In this document: in pieces, positions 28,245 through 36,258 of the stretch
Layout of the letters: each line of letters begins with the position of its first letter
Numbering within the stretch: position 1 is the stretch's first letter
Assembly (NCBI GenBank): GCA_963675185.2
Contig: CAXXOH010000003.1
Location: forward strand, 74,517-138,516
Direction of reading: 5' to 3'
Source: an uncultured Ilyobacter sp.
Lineage (GTDB): Bacteria > Fusobacteriota > Fusobacteriia > Fusobacteriales > Fusobacteriaceae
DNA length: 64,000 nucleotides
Notes under the pieces: generated by a model
Databases searched by the model: none
Told to the model about the DNA's origin: nothing
What the model saw: the letters and a program-made list of their open reading frames with translations, nothing else
Program-made: the position numbers and the translations under genes

Positions 28245-29408
28245 ATGAAAAATTTAATTTTAACTTTATTATTCATTGCATTTTTGAATAATTGTTATTC
28301 TCAGTCTTTGATTACTAGTAGCATTACAAGTAAATCAAAGATTAATGCATTAATTCCTGAGAACGATTTTGATATCGAAGATTTCTTAGGATTTAAGTTT
28401 GATAAAATTAAAGCTGGACCAATTCAGCTTTCTGGTAAAAATAATTCATTAATATTTGATTTACCTGGTTTGAAAACCGAAATGGGATTTAATGGTTTGG
28501 GTAGTATTGAAGCTGATTTAATTATTGTCGGAATTGAAATTAAAGCTGACGAAGACTACACATATTCTATTCTCAAATTCAATGGTGGTATTTATAATAT
28601 TGCTTTTAGTGTTGGGAAACCGACAGGAAGTAATATGATAACATCAGCGATGACATTAAATCATATTCCCGCAATGCCATATTCATTAACAATAACAAAC
28701 ACTAAAAGCGGCATAGAGCATTCTTTGAAAGGGGAAACCGAAGCATGGACAAAATCTCAAATTCCGACTTATGGATTAATAGCATATTATCCATTTACGG
28801 GTAATGCAAATGATGAAAGTGGTAATAATAGAAATGGTACTGTACATGGAGCTCAATTGATAAAGGATAGATTTGGCAACCCAAATAACGCATATTTTTT
28901 TGATGGGTTAAAGGACTTCATCGACATTCCTGAACCATATAGTGAAACTTTTACTATCAACTTATGGGTTAATGTTAAATCTTTACCAAATCCTAGTAAT
29001 CCAAGTGTTTGGCAATTCACTCTTTTTGATGGTGGTGAGAATCACAATTCAAACGATGGTTTTTATATTGGGCTCGTAAATAATACAAGTCCATCCTATT
29101 TTTCATTACAAAATTTCAATTCTGAAGATGGTCTTACTAAAATTGATTGGAATAACAACGGGAATGGAATAAATACTAACCAATGGTATATGGTGACTAG
29201 TGTTATTTCGAAGGGCTCATGCAAATTATATATTAATGGACAATTAAGAGGGGAGAAATATACACATAGAGGAGCAGAATCAGGCTCCAGAAACTGGAGG
29301 ATTGGGGCACATGATATTGGGATTCAATATACTCACGGAATAATTGATGAAGTAAGAATTTATAATCGAGCATTAAGTCAAGATGAGATAACTTCATTAC
29401 TGGACTAA
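28245..29408 (+). CDS. secreted/lipoprotein LamG (concanavalin-A-like lectin) domain protein - cassette 1
   Basis: Signal peptide ending LNNC. YYPFTGNANDESGNNRNGTVHGAQL...DRFGNPNNAYFFDG ... IDEVRIYNRALSQDEI (LamG-type signature). Confidence 0.8.
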   Translation: MKNLILTLLFIAFLNNCYSQSLITSSITSKSKINALIPENDFDIEDFLGFKFDKIKAGPIQLSGKNNSLIFDLPGLKTEMGFNGLGSIEADLIIVGIEIKADEDYTYSILKFNGGIYNIAFSVGKPTGSNMITSAMTLNHIPAMPYSLTITNTKSGIEHSLKGETEAWTKSQIPTYGLIAYYPFTGNANDESGNNRNGTVHGAQLIKDRFGNPNNAYFFDGLKDFIDIPEPYSETFTINLWVNVKSLPNPSNPSVWQFTLFDGGENHNSNDGFYIGLVNNTSPSYFSLQNFNSEDGLTKIDWNNNGNGINTNQWYMVTSVISKGSCKLYINGQLRGEKYTHRGAESGSRNWRIGAHDIGIQYTHGIIDEVRIYNRALSQDEITSLLD

Positions 29409-29415
29409 CAACTTT

Positions 29416-29547
29416 TTATAACATTTTGTATATGATCATGGCAGTTTTAGTGCAAACTCCAACAGTCAATCCCGCGCCAACACCAGTGGATACGCGGACA
29501 GGAAAGTACACGCACTCTGCCACGCCACATACAATTTTCCGTTATCA
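29416..29547 (+). repeat. attC-like site 1 (long type)
   Basis: TATAAC (29417-29422) ... GTTATCA (29541-29547). Internal pairing TGGCAG/CTGCCA, AGTGC/GCACT, CCGCG/CGCGG. GC-rich within AT-rich flanks. Confidence 0.6.
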
Positions 29548-29564
29548 GAAACTAAGCAACAATT

Positions 29565-29689
29565 TAGGGCACATTACCTTTTTAAGGTAGATTATACTTT
29601 TGTATAATATTTTATTATCTAATCAATAAAACATAGTTTTTTTACTTTTGACTCAATGAGTGATTTATTTGCAATCAATATGTGCCCTA
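29565..29689 (+). ncRNA. candidate structured ncRNA upstream of the RT (inverted-repeat bounded)
   Basis: Perfect 10-nt inverted repeat TAGGGCACAT (29565-29574) / ATGTGCCCTA (29680-29689), ending 20 nt before the RT start. Internal hairpins TACCTT-ttt-AAGGTA (29575-29589) and ATTATAC-tttt-GTATAAT (29591-29608). Confidence 0.4.
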
Positions 29690-29708
29690 TTTTTTTAAGG
29701 AGAAACTA

Positions 29709-31040
29709 ATGAAAGAAAATTTAGCCGATATATTCAGTGAAGAAAATCTTAAAGATGTATTTATAAACAGAACTAGATATTCCTCTTCAGTTGGTTTAGA
29801 TAGAATTACAAGTAAAAACTTCGAAAATAAGTTATCAACTAATATATCATTTATTAGAAAAAAAATTTTTAACTACACATATAAATTCACTCCATATAAA
29901 GAAGCTTTAATTTTAAAAGGTCGTAATCAAAATCCGAGGGTAATTTCTATTCCAACAATTAAAGACCAGTTAGTTATTAAGCTTCTAAGCATTTTTCTTC
30001 AAAACCATTATGATAGTTTTAATAAGTTTAAATTATCTCAAACTTTGATATCTGAAATAATTAAACAAAAGAATAGTGGTAAATATAATTATTATATTAA
30101 GTTAGATATTTCAAACTTTTTCGGAACTATTAACCATGAAATTCTGTTTTATATTTTAAAAGAAAACAAAATCGATAAAAAAATTATTAAATTTATTAAT
30201 ACTATTATAACAACACCAACTGTCGATTTTAATTTACCTAAGCATAGTAGAGAAACATTTAATTTAAGAGGTGTTCCACAAGGATTAAGTATCAGTAATA
30301 TTCTTGCTTCATACTACTTATTAAGTTTTGATAAGAAGTATCAAAATAATGAAAATTTCTTTTATACCCGATATGTTGACGATATTTTAATCTTCTGTTC
30401 ACAAAAACATGCTGAAAAGCTTAATTCCCAAATTAAAAATTCATTATCTGATTTAAAGTTGGAAATAAACTCAAAAAAAAATGATTCAGGAGTTTTAAAT
30501 CAATCTTTTAAATTTTTAGGTTATGAGTTTAGTGAACAGTTTATTTCTCCAAGAATCGAAGCTATGAGGCGTGTTGAAAATTCACTAGAGAATTTTATTA
30601 AAAATTTTTCAAAACATAAAGATAAAAACTATAAATTATTTCTATGGTCTATTAATCTCAAAATTACAGGTACTATTTGTGATAACAAGAAGTATGGATG
30701 GCTTTTTTATTTTTCTCAGATTACTAATAAGAAAGTTCTATTCCATTTAGATTGGTTTATAAATAAAATGTTTAAAAGATTTGGAATTAATTTGAAAATT
30801 ATTGATGATATTCGTCTAAAAAAATTTGTTCGAGCTTACAACGAAATTACGTTAAATTTAAATCATACAAAGTATATTCCACATTTAGACAAATTTACTT
30901 TTGAAGATAAAAAAAAATTTTTATCAGATATTGCTAATTTTGAACCAGGATTAACTGAAGATGAAACAAATAATAAATTTAAACAAATCATTTTTAAACA
31001 ATTAGCAACACTTGAAAAAGATATACAAAATTTTTCATAG
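29709..31040 (+). CDS. reverse transcriptase (non-retron, UG/Abi/group-II-like) - cassette 2
   Basis: Start moved to ATG 29709 (AAGGAG 6 nt upstream). RT motifs PRVISIPTIKDQLV, IKLDISNFFGTI, LRGVPQGLSISNIL, FYTRYVDDILIF (YxDD), KFLGYEF, plus a ~170-aa helical C-terminal extension. Confidence 0.85.
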   Translation: MKENLADIFSEENLKDVFINRTRYSSSVGLDRITSKNFENKLSTNISFIRKKIFNYTYKFTPYKEALILKGRNQNPRVISIPTIKDQLVIKLLSIFLQNHYDSFNKFKLSQTLISEIIKQKNSGKYNYYIKLDISNFFGTINHEILFYILKENKIDKKIIKFINTIITTPTVDFNLPKHSRETFNLRGVPQGLSISNILASYYLLSFDKKYQNNENFFYTRYVDDILIFCSQKHAEKLNSQIKNSLSDLKLEINSKKNDSGVLNQSFKFLGYEFSEQFISPRIEAMRRVENSLENFIKNFSKHKDKNYKLFLWSINLKITGTICDNKKYGWLFYFSQITNKKVLFHLDWFINKMFKRFGINLKIIDDIRLKKFVRAYNEITLNLNHTKYIPHLDKFTFEDKKKFLSDIANFEPGLTEDETNNKFKQIIFKQLATLEKDIQNFS

Positions 31041-31049
31041 GAGGAACAT

Positions 31050-31637
31050 ATGACAGAATCAAATATTAAAGAATCACAAAAGAGTTTAAGTAATAAAATT
31101 TATAAAACTAGAAAAGCTAGAATTATTTTTTCGGATGAATTAAAAAGCCAACATTCCTTTTATGAAGGACTCATGACTTATTACACTGTTATGATAATTG
31201 TTTTTTCATTACTTGAAAGTGTAATATCCATCGAAAATTTTTCACTATATATCCTTATTCTATCAATAGCTTTAGGTTTTTTCACTCTATTTATTCAGTC
31301 ACAAAAATTTTTAGAAAGACATTTGGATTTAAAAAAACACTATATTGATTTGGAAAATATTTATTTTAATTTAAATGTAATAGAGACTCCAACAAAGGAT
31401 GCAATAGAAAAAATAAATAGAGAGTATACCGATGCATTGAATAGCCATGAAAATCATTCCTCAATCCACTATTTAAAAGCTCAATATAATATTTCTGATA
31501 TTAGCTTTCCTGATAAAATTAAAGTATGGTTTTATAATTTAAAAAGTTATTTATTTAGATTTGCTTTAATTATCTTTCCATTTTTTGTTCCAAAACTAAT
31601 TATTTGGGTAAAGCTTATCTTTATTGAAAAATCTTAA
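31050..31637 (+). CDS. small membrane protein, SLATT-like 2TM effector candidate
   Basis: 195 aa. N-terminal helix IYKTRKARIIFSDELK, TM pair LMTYYTVMIIVFSLLESVISI / FSLYILILSIALGFFTLFI, helical region, C-terminal hydrophobic segment. GGAGG RBS 9 nt after the RT stop. Confidence 0.55.
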   Translation: MTESNIKESQKSLSNKIYKTRKARIIFSDELKSQHSFYEGLMTYYTVMIIVFSLLESVISIENFSLYILILSIALGFFTLFIQSQKFLERHLDLKKHYIDLENIYFNLNVIETPTKDAIEKINREYTDALNSHENHSSIHYLKAQYNISDISFPDKIKVWFYNLKSYLFRFALIIFPFFVPKLIIWVKLIFIEKS

Positions 31638-31643
31638 AGCATC

Positions 31644-31703
31644 TGATAACAAACGGCAGATTCCATGAAAATCGCACGGCATCTGTCCATCAGACCGTTA
31701 GGT
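31644..31703 (+). repeat. attC-like site 2 (short type)
   Basis: TGATAAC (31644-31650) AAACGGCAGAT...ATCTG...CCGTTAGGT; R' box GTTAGGT (31697-31703) followed by GACATTA. 60 bp. Confidence 0.65.
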
Positions 31704-31807
31704 GACATTATGGTAAGTGTATATAGAGTTGGTAGATTTTCTCGTTAACATCTCCTAACTCCATATAGACGACATAAAAGGTAACATTCTCTAGGGAGGT
31801 AAGTGTT

Positions 31808-32007
31808 TTGAAAAAAACATATAAAGAATATATAAGAGAATTTTTTCTCGAAATAACTGACGAAGACTTCGATATTTTTTTGAAGAACAGGAAGCAATTA
31901 GGGAAAAATTCGAAGAGGAAATGTTTGGAGAAACTCCTCTTGAGAAATATATGAATGACGTTAGAAGAATTATTAATCAAGATATAGAAGATGATTGTCC
32001 ATTTTAA
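31808..32007 (+). pseudogene. small acidic ORF interrupted by a frameshift in a T7 tract
   Basis: TTG start 8 nt after AGGGAGG gives MKKTYKEYIREFFLEITDEDFDIF. After the T-run 31875-31881, a different frame (the one a T8 tract would restore) reads EEQEAIREKFEEEMFGETPLEKYMNDVRRIINQDIEDDCPF*. The 200-nt span needs one extra T to be in frame. Confidence 0.4.
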
Positions 32008-32030
32008 AAATAAAAAATTAGGAGGTCTAA

Positions 32031-32798
32031 ATGAAAGAAAATGATTTTATTGCTTTTGATAATTCTGATAGAATATTTATTAATACTTTCCTAGGATGTT
32101 ATTCAAAATGTTCGTATTGCTATTTACCAAGTCTAAATATTCAAACATATAGTCATAAATCTGTTGAATCAATTATTGATGAATTAAATGAGATTCCCGA
32201 GTTTATTAAAGGAAAAAATGGAACTATTATTTCAATTGGGTGCTATTCAGAGTGCTGGGATGTTTTTAATAGAAAAAATACCATTAATTTAATAAATTTA
32301 CTTTTAGAATATGAAAATCCTATTCAGCTTGCTACAAAACAATACATAAACATTAAGCATATTGAGGAAATAGCTTCAAAGATTAAATGGAAAGGTCAAA
32401 TAACAATATATACTAGTTGCTCTACCATTACTGATTGGGAAAAATATGAAAACAAAACCACCAATCCTAAAAAAAGATTCCAAAATTTCCTTATAAAAAA
32501 ACATTTGGATATTCCAGTTATTTTGTATATAAAACCAGTAATAAAAGGTGTCACTATTAGAGATATTTCTCATTTTATTAATCTGATTGAAGAATATAAA
32601 GTAAAAGTGATTGTTGGCAGTCTATTTGTTCCAAATAAAATATGCTCAGAAGAAAAATCTCCAATTAGTACCTTGTTAACATATAAAAAAAATTCTGAAG
32701 AAGATGTTTTAAAAACAGAATTAAAAAAATACGCTGATGTTTTTGAATTTAGCACTGAAATTGTAGAATACTACAGAAAGGAGAATTACAATGGATAA
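32031..32798 (+). CDS. radical SAM protein (SPL/DNA-photolyase-like subgroup) - cassette 3
   Basis: CxxxCxxC cluster motif in FLGCYSKCSYCYLPS near the N-terminus; 255 aa; GGAGG RBS. Confidence 0.7.
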   Translation: MKENDFIAFDNSDRIFINTFLGCYSKCSYCYLPSLNIQTYSHKSVESIIDELNEIPEFIKGKNGTIISIGCYSECWDVFNRKNTINLINLLLEYENPIQLATKQYINIKHIEEIASKIKWKGQITIYTSCSTITDWEKYENKTTNPKKRFQNFLIKKHLDIPVILYIKPVIKGVTIRDISHFINLIEEYKVKVIVGSLFVPNKICSEEKSPISTLLTYKKNSEEDVLKTELKKYADVFEFSTEIVEYYRKENYNG

Positions 32799-33582
32799 TA
32801 TAGTTATTTATACTTTTATTGTTGTTTCAGCTATTGGAACTATTATTTCTTTATTCGATACATTTTTATTTCTTCCAAAAAAACTAAAAGATAAAATTGT
32901 CAAGAACAGACTTCAAGAATCTATTGAAATACTAAAAGAATTTGGAATCAAGCCTGAAATATACACAAAAACAAATATTGCTTCTAAAATTGATGCGGAG
33001 GTAACTGGGGATTTAAGAGCACAAGTTAATACTACCTTGAATAATTTTAAAGAAGATATACCTGTTAATATCGGTAAAATAAACTCTAAGCCTCTTAAAT
33101 ACTATATAGATTTAATCGGAGCATCAACAAATCCAAAAAATTCAGAACTCTTTGCCAGATATCTTACAACATTTTGGAGAGAAACTGTTACATCAAATAC
33201 TTCTGTTAAAAATCTTGAATTTGATTTTGTGGTAACACCAAAACAGGGAAGTCCAATTATTGGATATGAATTTGCTAGAAAAATGGAAAAACCTTTCATT
33301 ATTTATTCTAGGGAAGAAAAATTTAGTACAGCAGATGATAACTTTAAAAAACACTTTGATTGTGAGGAGATTCCTCCAAAAGGTAAAACTGCCATAATTG
33401 TCGATGATAGCACAACAGGAGGAAGAATGATGAAAGAAGTTATAAAAGCTCTTAAGTCAAATGGCTATACTATTACAGAATGTTTAGTAATATTTGAACC
33501 AACTGTAAAAGATGCTAGAGGTATTCTTCAAGGGTTAGGTGTTAATTTACATTCAATTGTTAAAATAAATAATCACGAATAG
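32791..33582 (+). CDS. membrane-anchored phosphoribosyltransferase-domain protein
   Basis: N-terminal TM IVIYTFIVVSAIGTIISLF. OPRT-like C-terminal half with PRPP loop AIIVDDSTTGGRMMKEV. Overlaps the rSAM gene by 8 nt (ATGGATAA). Confidence 0.75.
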   Translation: MDNIVIYTFIVVSAIGTIISLFDTFLFLPKKLKDKIVKNRLQESIEILKEFGIKPEIYTKTNIASKIDAEVTGDLRAQVNTTLNNFKEDIPVNIGKINSKPLKYYIDLIGASTNPKNSELFARYLTTFWRETVTSNTSVKNLEFDFVVTPKQGSPIIGYEFARKMEKPFIIYSREEKFSTADDNFKKHFDCEEIPPKGKTAIIVDDSTTGGRMMKEVIKALKSNGYTITECLVIFEPTVKDARGILQGLGVNLHSIVKINNHE

Positions 33583-33590
33583 GAGATAAC

Positions 33591-34070
33591 ATGAAGATAG
33601 AAAAAAACTACGTTGTTTCTGGTATTATCTTTTATGCTAATAAGGTTCTATTAATTAAACATAAAAAATTTAACAAATGGCTTTATCCAGGTGGGCATAT
33701 TGAAAAAAATGAAACTCCAGAAGAGGCTTTAAAAAGAGAAATATTTGAAGAAGTTGGATTGAAAGTATCTATAATCGATTCTTCTAACTATAAATACTTA
33801 GCTCATGCAAATGTAAGAACACTTAAAACTCCTTTTACCATTGTAGAAGAAGTCCTTATTAAAACTCAAAAAAAGGAAGTTTACAATATTGATTTAATCT
33901 ATGTTTGTAAAAGTGATAAAACTGAACCTTTGATTATTAATGAAAAAGAAGTTTCAGAAGTACATTGGTTTTCAATAAATGAAATTGATAATTTAGATTC
34001 TTTTCCAGAATTGGTTCCTTTAATTAATGAAGCTTATGACATCTATATTAAAAATATAAAAATCACCTAA
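33591..34070 (+). CDS. Nudix hydrolase
   Basis: Nudix box GGHIEKNETPEEALKREIFEEVGL. Confidence 0.85.
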   Translation: MKIEKNYVVSGIIFYANKVLLIKHKKFNKWLYPGGHIEKNETPEEALKREIFEEVGLKVSIIDSSNYKYLAHANVRTLKTPFTIVEEVLIKTQKKEVYNIDLIYVCKSDKTEPLIINEKEVSEVHWFSINEIDNLDSFPELVPLINEAYDIYIKNIKIT

Positions 34071-34128
34071 CACGGCGACAACCAACATGCAAAAACCGCA
34101 CGTCGGTTTGGTCGCGAATCCGTTAGAA
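34065..34128 (+). repeat. attC-like site 3 (short type)
   Basis: ACCTAAC (34065-34071, contains the Nudix stop codon) ...GGCGACAACC...GGTTTGGTCGC... GTTAGAA (34122-34128) GACAT. Centre CATGCAAAAACCGCACG resembles the site 2 centre CATGAAAATCGCACG. Confidence 0.65.
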
Positions 34129-34160
34129 GACATATTAATCTATATAGAGGAGAAATTTAT

Positions 34161-34862
34161 ATGAAGAGTAACACTGAAAGATTAAGAGAATTTATAATTG
34201 AATGTGGTGCTACTGAAGTTGGTTTTGCAAATTTAAGTTGTACTTTACCCGAAGAACGATATAATTTAGAGTATGGGATTTCAATAGTAAAGTCTCTTAA
34301 TCCTAATATTATTCGTAATATAGTTGATGGGCCTACTTTAGAATATTATGAAGAATATAAGCGTGTTAATGAGATACTAAATAGAATTGCAAAGTCTACA
34401 GCTGAATATATTAATGATTTAGGTTTTGAAGCATATGCACAGCCTGCAACTGTGTCAGTAGTAGATAAGAACAATAGAACTGCTTTTCTACCACATAAAA
34501 CAGTAGCAACTTTAAGTGGGTTAGGTTGGATAGGTAAGTCAGCGTTGTTAGTTACAGAAGAATATGGTTCTGCATTAAGACTAACAACTGTATTTACTAA
34601 TTTAATACTAGAAGTAGGAAAGCCAAAAACATATTCTGAATGTAGGAATTGCAAGGTATGTGTTGAATCATGTCCTGGCCAAGCAATAACAGGCAATAAC
34701 TGGGAACCAAGCGTAGAAAGAAGTTATATATATGATGCAGATAAGTGTAAAGCAGAAGCTTTAAGAAGAAGTAGTAGAGTAGGAATAAATAACACTATAT
34801 GTGGGATTTGTATAAATGTATGTCCGTATACACAGAAATATCTCAAGGGAAATGGCAGTTAA
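34161..34862 (+). CDS. 4Fe-4S protein, epoxyqueuosine-reductase (QueG)-like - cassette 4
   Basis: Cys clusters CRNCKVCVESCP and CGICINVCP. The central LPHKTVATLSGLGWIGKSALL is typical of QueG/reductive-dehalogenase relatives. Confidence 0.6.
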   Translation: MKSNTERLREFIIECGATEVGFANLSCTLPEERYNLEYGISIVKSLNPNIIRNIVDGPTLEYYEEYKRVNEILNRIAKSTAEYINDLGFEAYAQPATVSVVDKNNRTAFLPHKTVATLSGLGWIGKSALLVTEEYGSALRLTTVFTNLILEVGKPKTYSECRNCKVCVESCPGQAITGNNWEPSVERSYIYDADKCKAEALRRSSRVGINNTICGICINVCPYTQKYLKGNGS

Positions 34863-34875
34863 CGATTACTACTTC

Positions 34876-35002
34876 TTCTAACAATATGTTTCCGACGCCC
34901 ACTTCACTAACCAGAGTCACCCTTGCATAAGGTGTTCGCAGGCTCACAACCATGAGCAAGGGTTGTAACCTCAGTGGCGTCGGCAACACATAAACGTTAT
35001 TC
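34876..35002 (+). repeat. attC-like site 4 (long type)
   Basis: TTCTAAC (34876-34882) ... GTTATTC (34996-35002). Long arms CCGACGCC..ACT..CCCTTGC / GCAAGGG..AGTGGCGTCGG. Confidence 0.65.
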
Positions 35003-35035
35003 TGAGAACTCATCGATAAGGAGATTTAAATAGAA

Positions 35036-35626
35036 ATGGATAAAAAAACCAATAAACAAGACATTGTAAAAAGATTTGCCTCCAAAGGGGTATTTCCTTA
35101 TCAAATGGCATTTACCTTATTGATACCATTGAGGAATATATTTCTTTCTCCAAAGCAATTGATAAAGAGACTTGAACTAAAGGAAGACTCAAATGTATTA
35201 GAAGTTGGTCCAGGCCCGGGATATTTTAGCATAAAGATTGGGAAAACCTTGAGCCGAGGCAGATTGGTTTTAGCAGATATTCAGCAGGAGATGCTTGATT
35301 ACGCCCGAAAACGAATCGACAAAAAAGGTATTATGAATGTAGATTATTACTTATGCAATGGAATAGAATTTGAATTCCCTGATAATTACTTTGATAGAAT
35401 ATTTATGGTAACTGTAATTGGAGAGATTGAAAACAAAGCGGTATATATCAGTGAATTCAATCGAATAATTAAGTCAGGTGGCATTCTATCAATCACAGAA
35501 CTTGCAGGAGATCCTGATAAATTAACTATTAAGGAAGTTAAAGAATTAGTACAGGATTTAGGTTTTGAATTTTATAGGATTTTTGGGAATGATAGAAATT
35601 ATACGATAAATTTTAAAAAGAAATAA
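35036..35626 (+). CDS. class I SAM-dependent methyltransferase - cassette 5
   Basis: Motif I VLEVGPGPGYFS. Confidence 0.8.
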   Translation: MDKKTNKQDIVKRFASKGVFPYQMAFTLLIPLRNIFLSPKQLIKRLELKEDSNVLEVGPGPGYFSIKIGKTLSRGRLVLADIQQEMLDYARKRIDKKGIMNVDYYLCNGIEFEFPDNYFDRIFMVTVIGEIENKAVYISEFNRIIKSGGILSITELAGDPDKLTIKEVKELVQDLGFEFYRIFGNDRNYTINFKKK

Positions 35627-35630
35627 CGGC

Positions 35631-35704
35631 ACCTAACAGCGTATTTCCAACACAACGAGAAAGCCGCTAGGGTTGTTTCGTCGTAAACACGCAGAACCTT
35701 ATCT
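35631..35704 (+). repeat. attC-like site 5 (R' box degenerate)
   Basis: ACCTAAC (35631-35637) AGCGTA...ACAACGAGAAA/TTGTTTCGTCGT...ACGC, then CTTATCT (35698-35704) where GTT is expected. Confidence 0.5.
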
Positions 35705-35753
35705 GATATAAGTATCGGTGCAATATGAATGTTTCTATAATGCAGGAGGAAAA

Positions 35754-36023
35754 GTGAAAGAATCTTTAAAAGAGTTACAAAAGATACCTGGCATTGGAAA
35801 AAAAATATCAAAAGATTTATATAATATTGGAATTCACACAGTATCAGAGTTAAAGGGGCAGAATCCTGAAGAACTGTACGAAAAATTATGCCTCTATCAA
35901 GGGCAAAAAGTTGACAGATGTGTGCTGTATGTTTTAAGATGTGCTGTATATTTTGCTAATGAAAAGAATCATGAGCCAGAAAAGCTCAAATGGTGGAATT
36001 GGAAAGATGGAAATAAAAAATGA
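35754..36023 (+). CDS. helix-hairpin-helix small protein - cassette 6
   Basis: GTG start after AGGAGG. IPGIGKKISKDLYNIGIHTVSEL HhH motif; C-terminal KLKWWNWKD. Confidence 0.55.
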   Translation: MKESLKELQKIPGIGKKISKDLYNIGIHTVSELKGQNPEELYEKLCLYQGQKVDRCVLYVLRCAVYFANEKNHEPEKLKWWNWKDGNKK

Positions 36024-36116
36024 GAAAAAGGATGTCAAATATACATGTGTAAGTCGCATGTTTACAAGGTACTATTGAATTATAATGGAGTAATTAAAGT
36101 AAAGGTTGACGTTATG

Positions 36117-36183
36117 CCATAAGGGTGCGTATAGCTGGTCGGCAGTTAGATACTTTTGGGAAGAGCCGGCGCCTCCGTTATTT
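36117..36183 (+). repeat. attC-like site 6
   Basis: CATAAG (36118-36123) GGTGCGTATAGCTGGTCGGC...GCCGGCGCCTCC GTTATTT (36177-36183) GACATT. The R'' box is degenerate. Confidence 0.45.
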
Positions 36184-36258
36184 GACATTGGTTAACTCAT
36201 TACGTCGGATTCCTCTTGGGCCATTATACAATACTAAAGAATTATGGAGGTATACTCA

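Noticed and set aside
29565-31040. Canonical retron (msr-msd + retron RT)
   Set aside because: The inverted-repeat geometry fits, but the RT lacks the retron-specific NAxxH and VTG signatures. It has YVDD/FLGY, no G follows the 5' repeat arm directly, and the bracketed RNA (125 nt) is short. It is kept only as retron-like.
31708-31980. Minus-strand 90-aa ORF between site 2 and the rSAM gene
   Set aside because: It has F/S/K-rich junk-like composition. The plus strand has an RBS-preceded, protein-like (though frameshifted) ORF instead.
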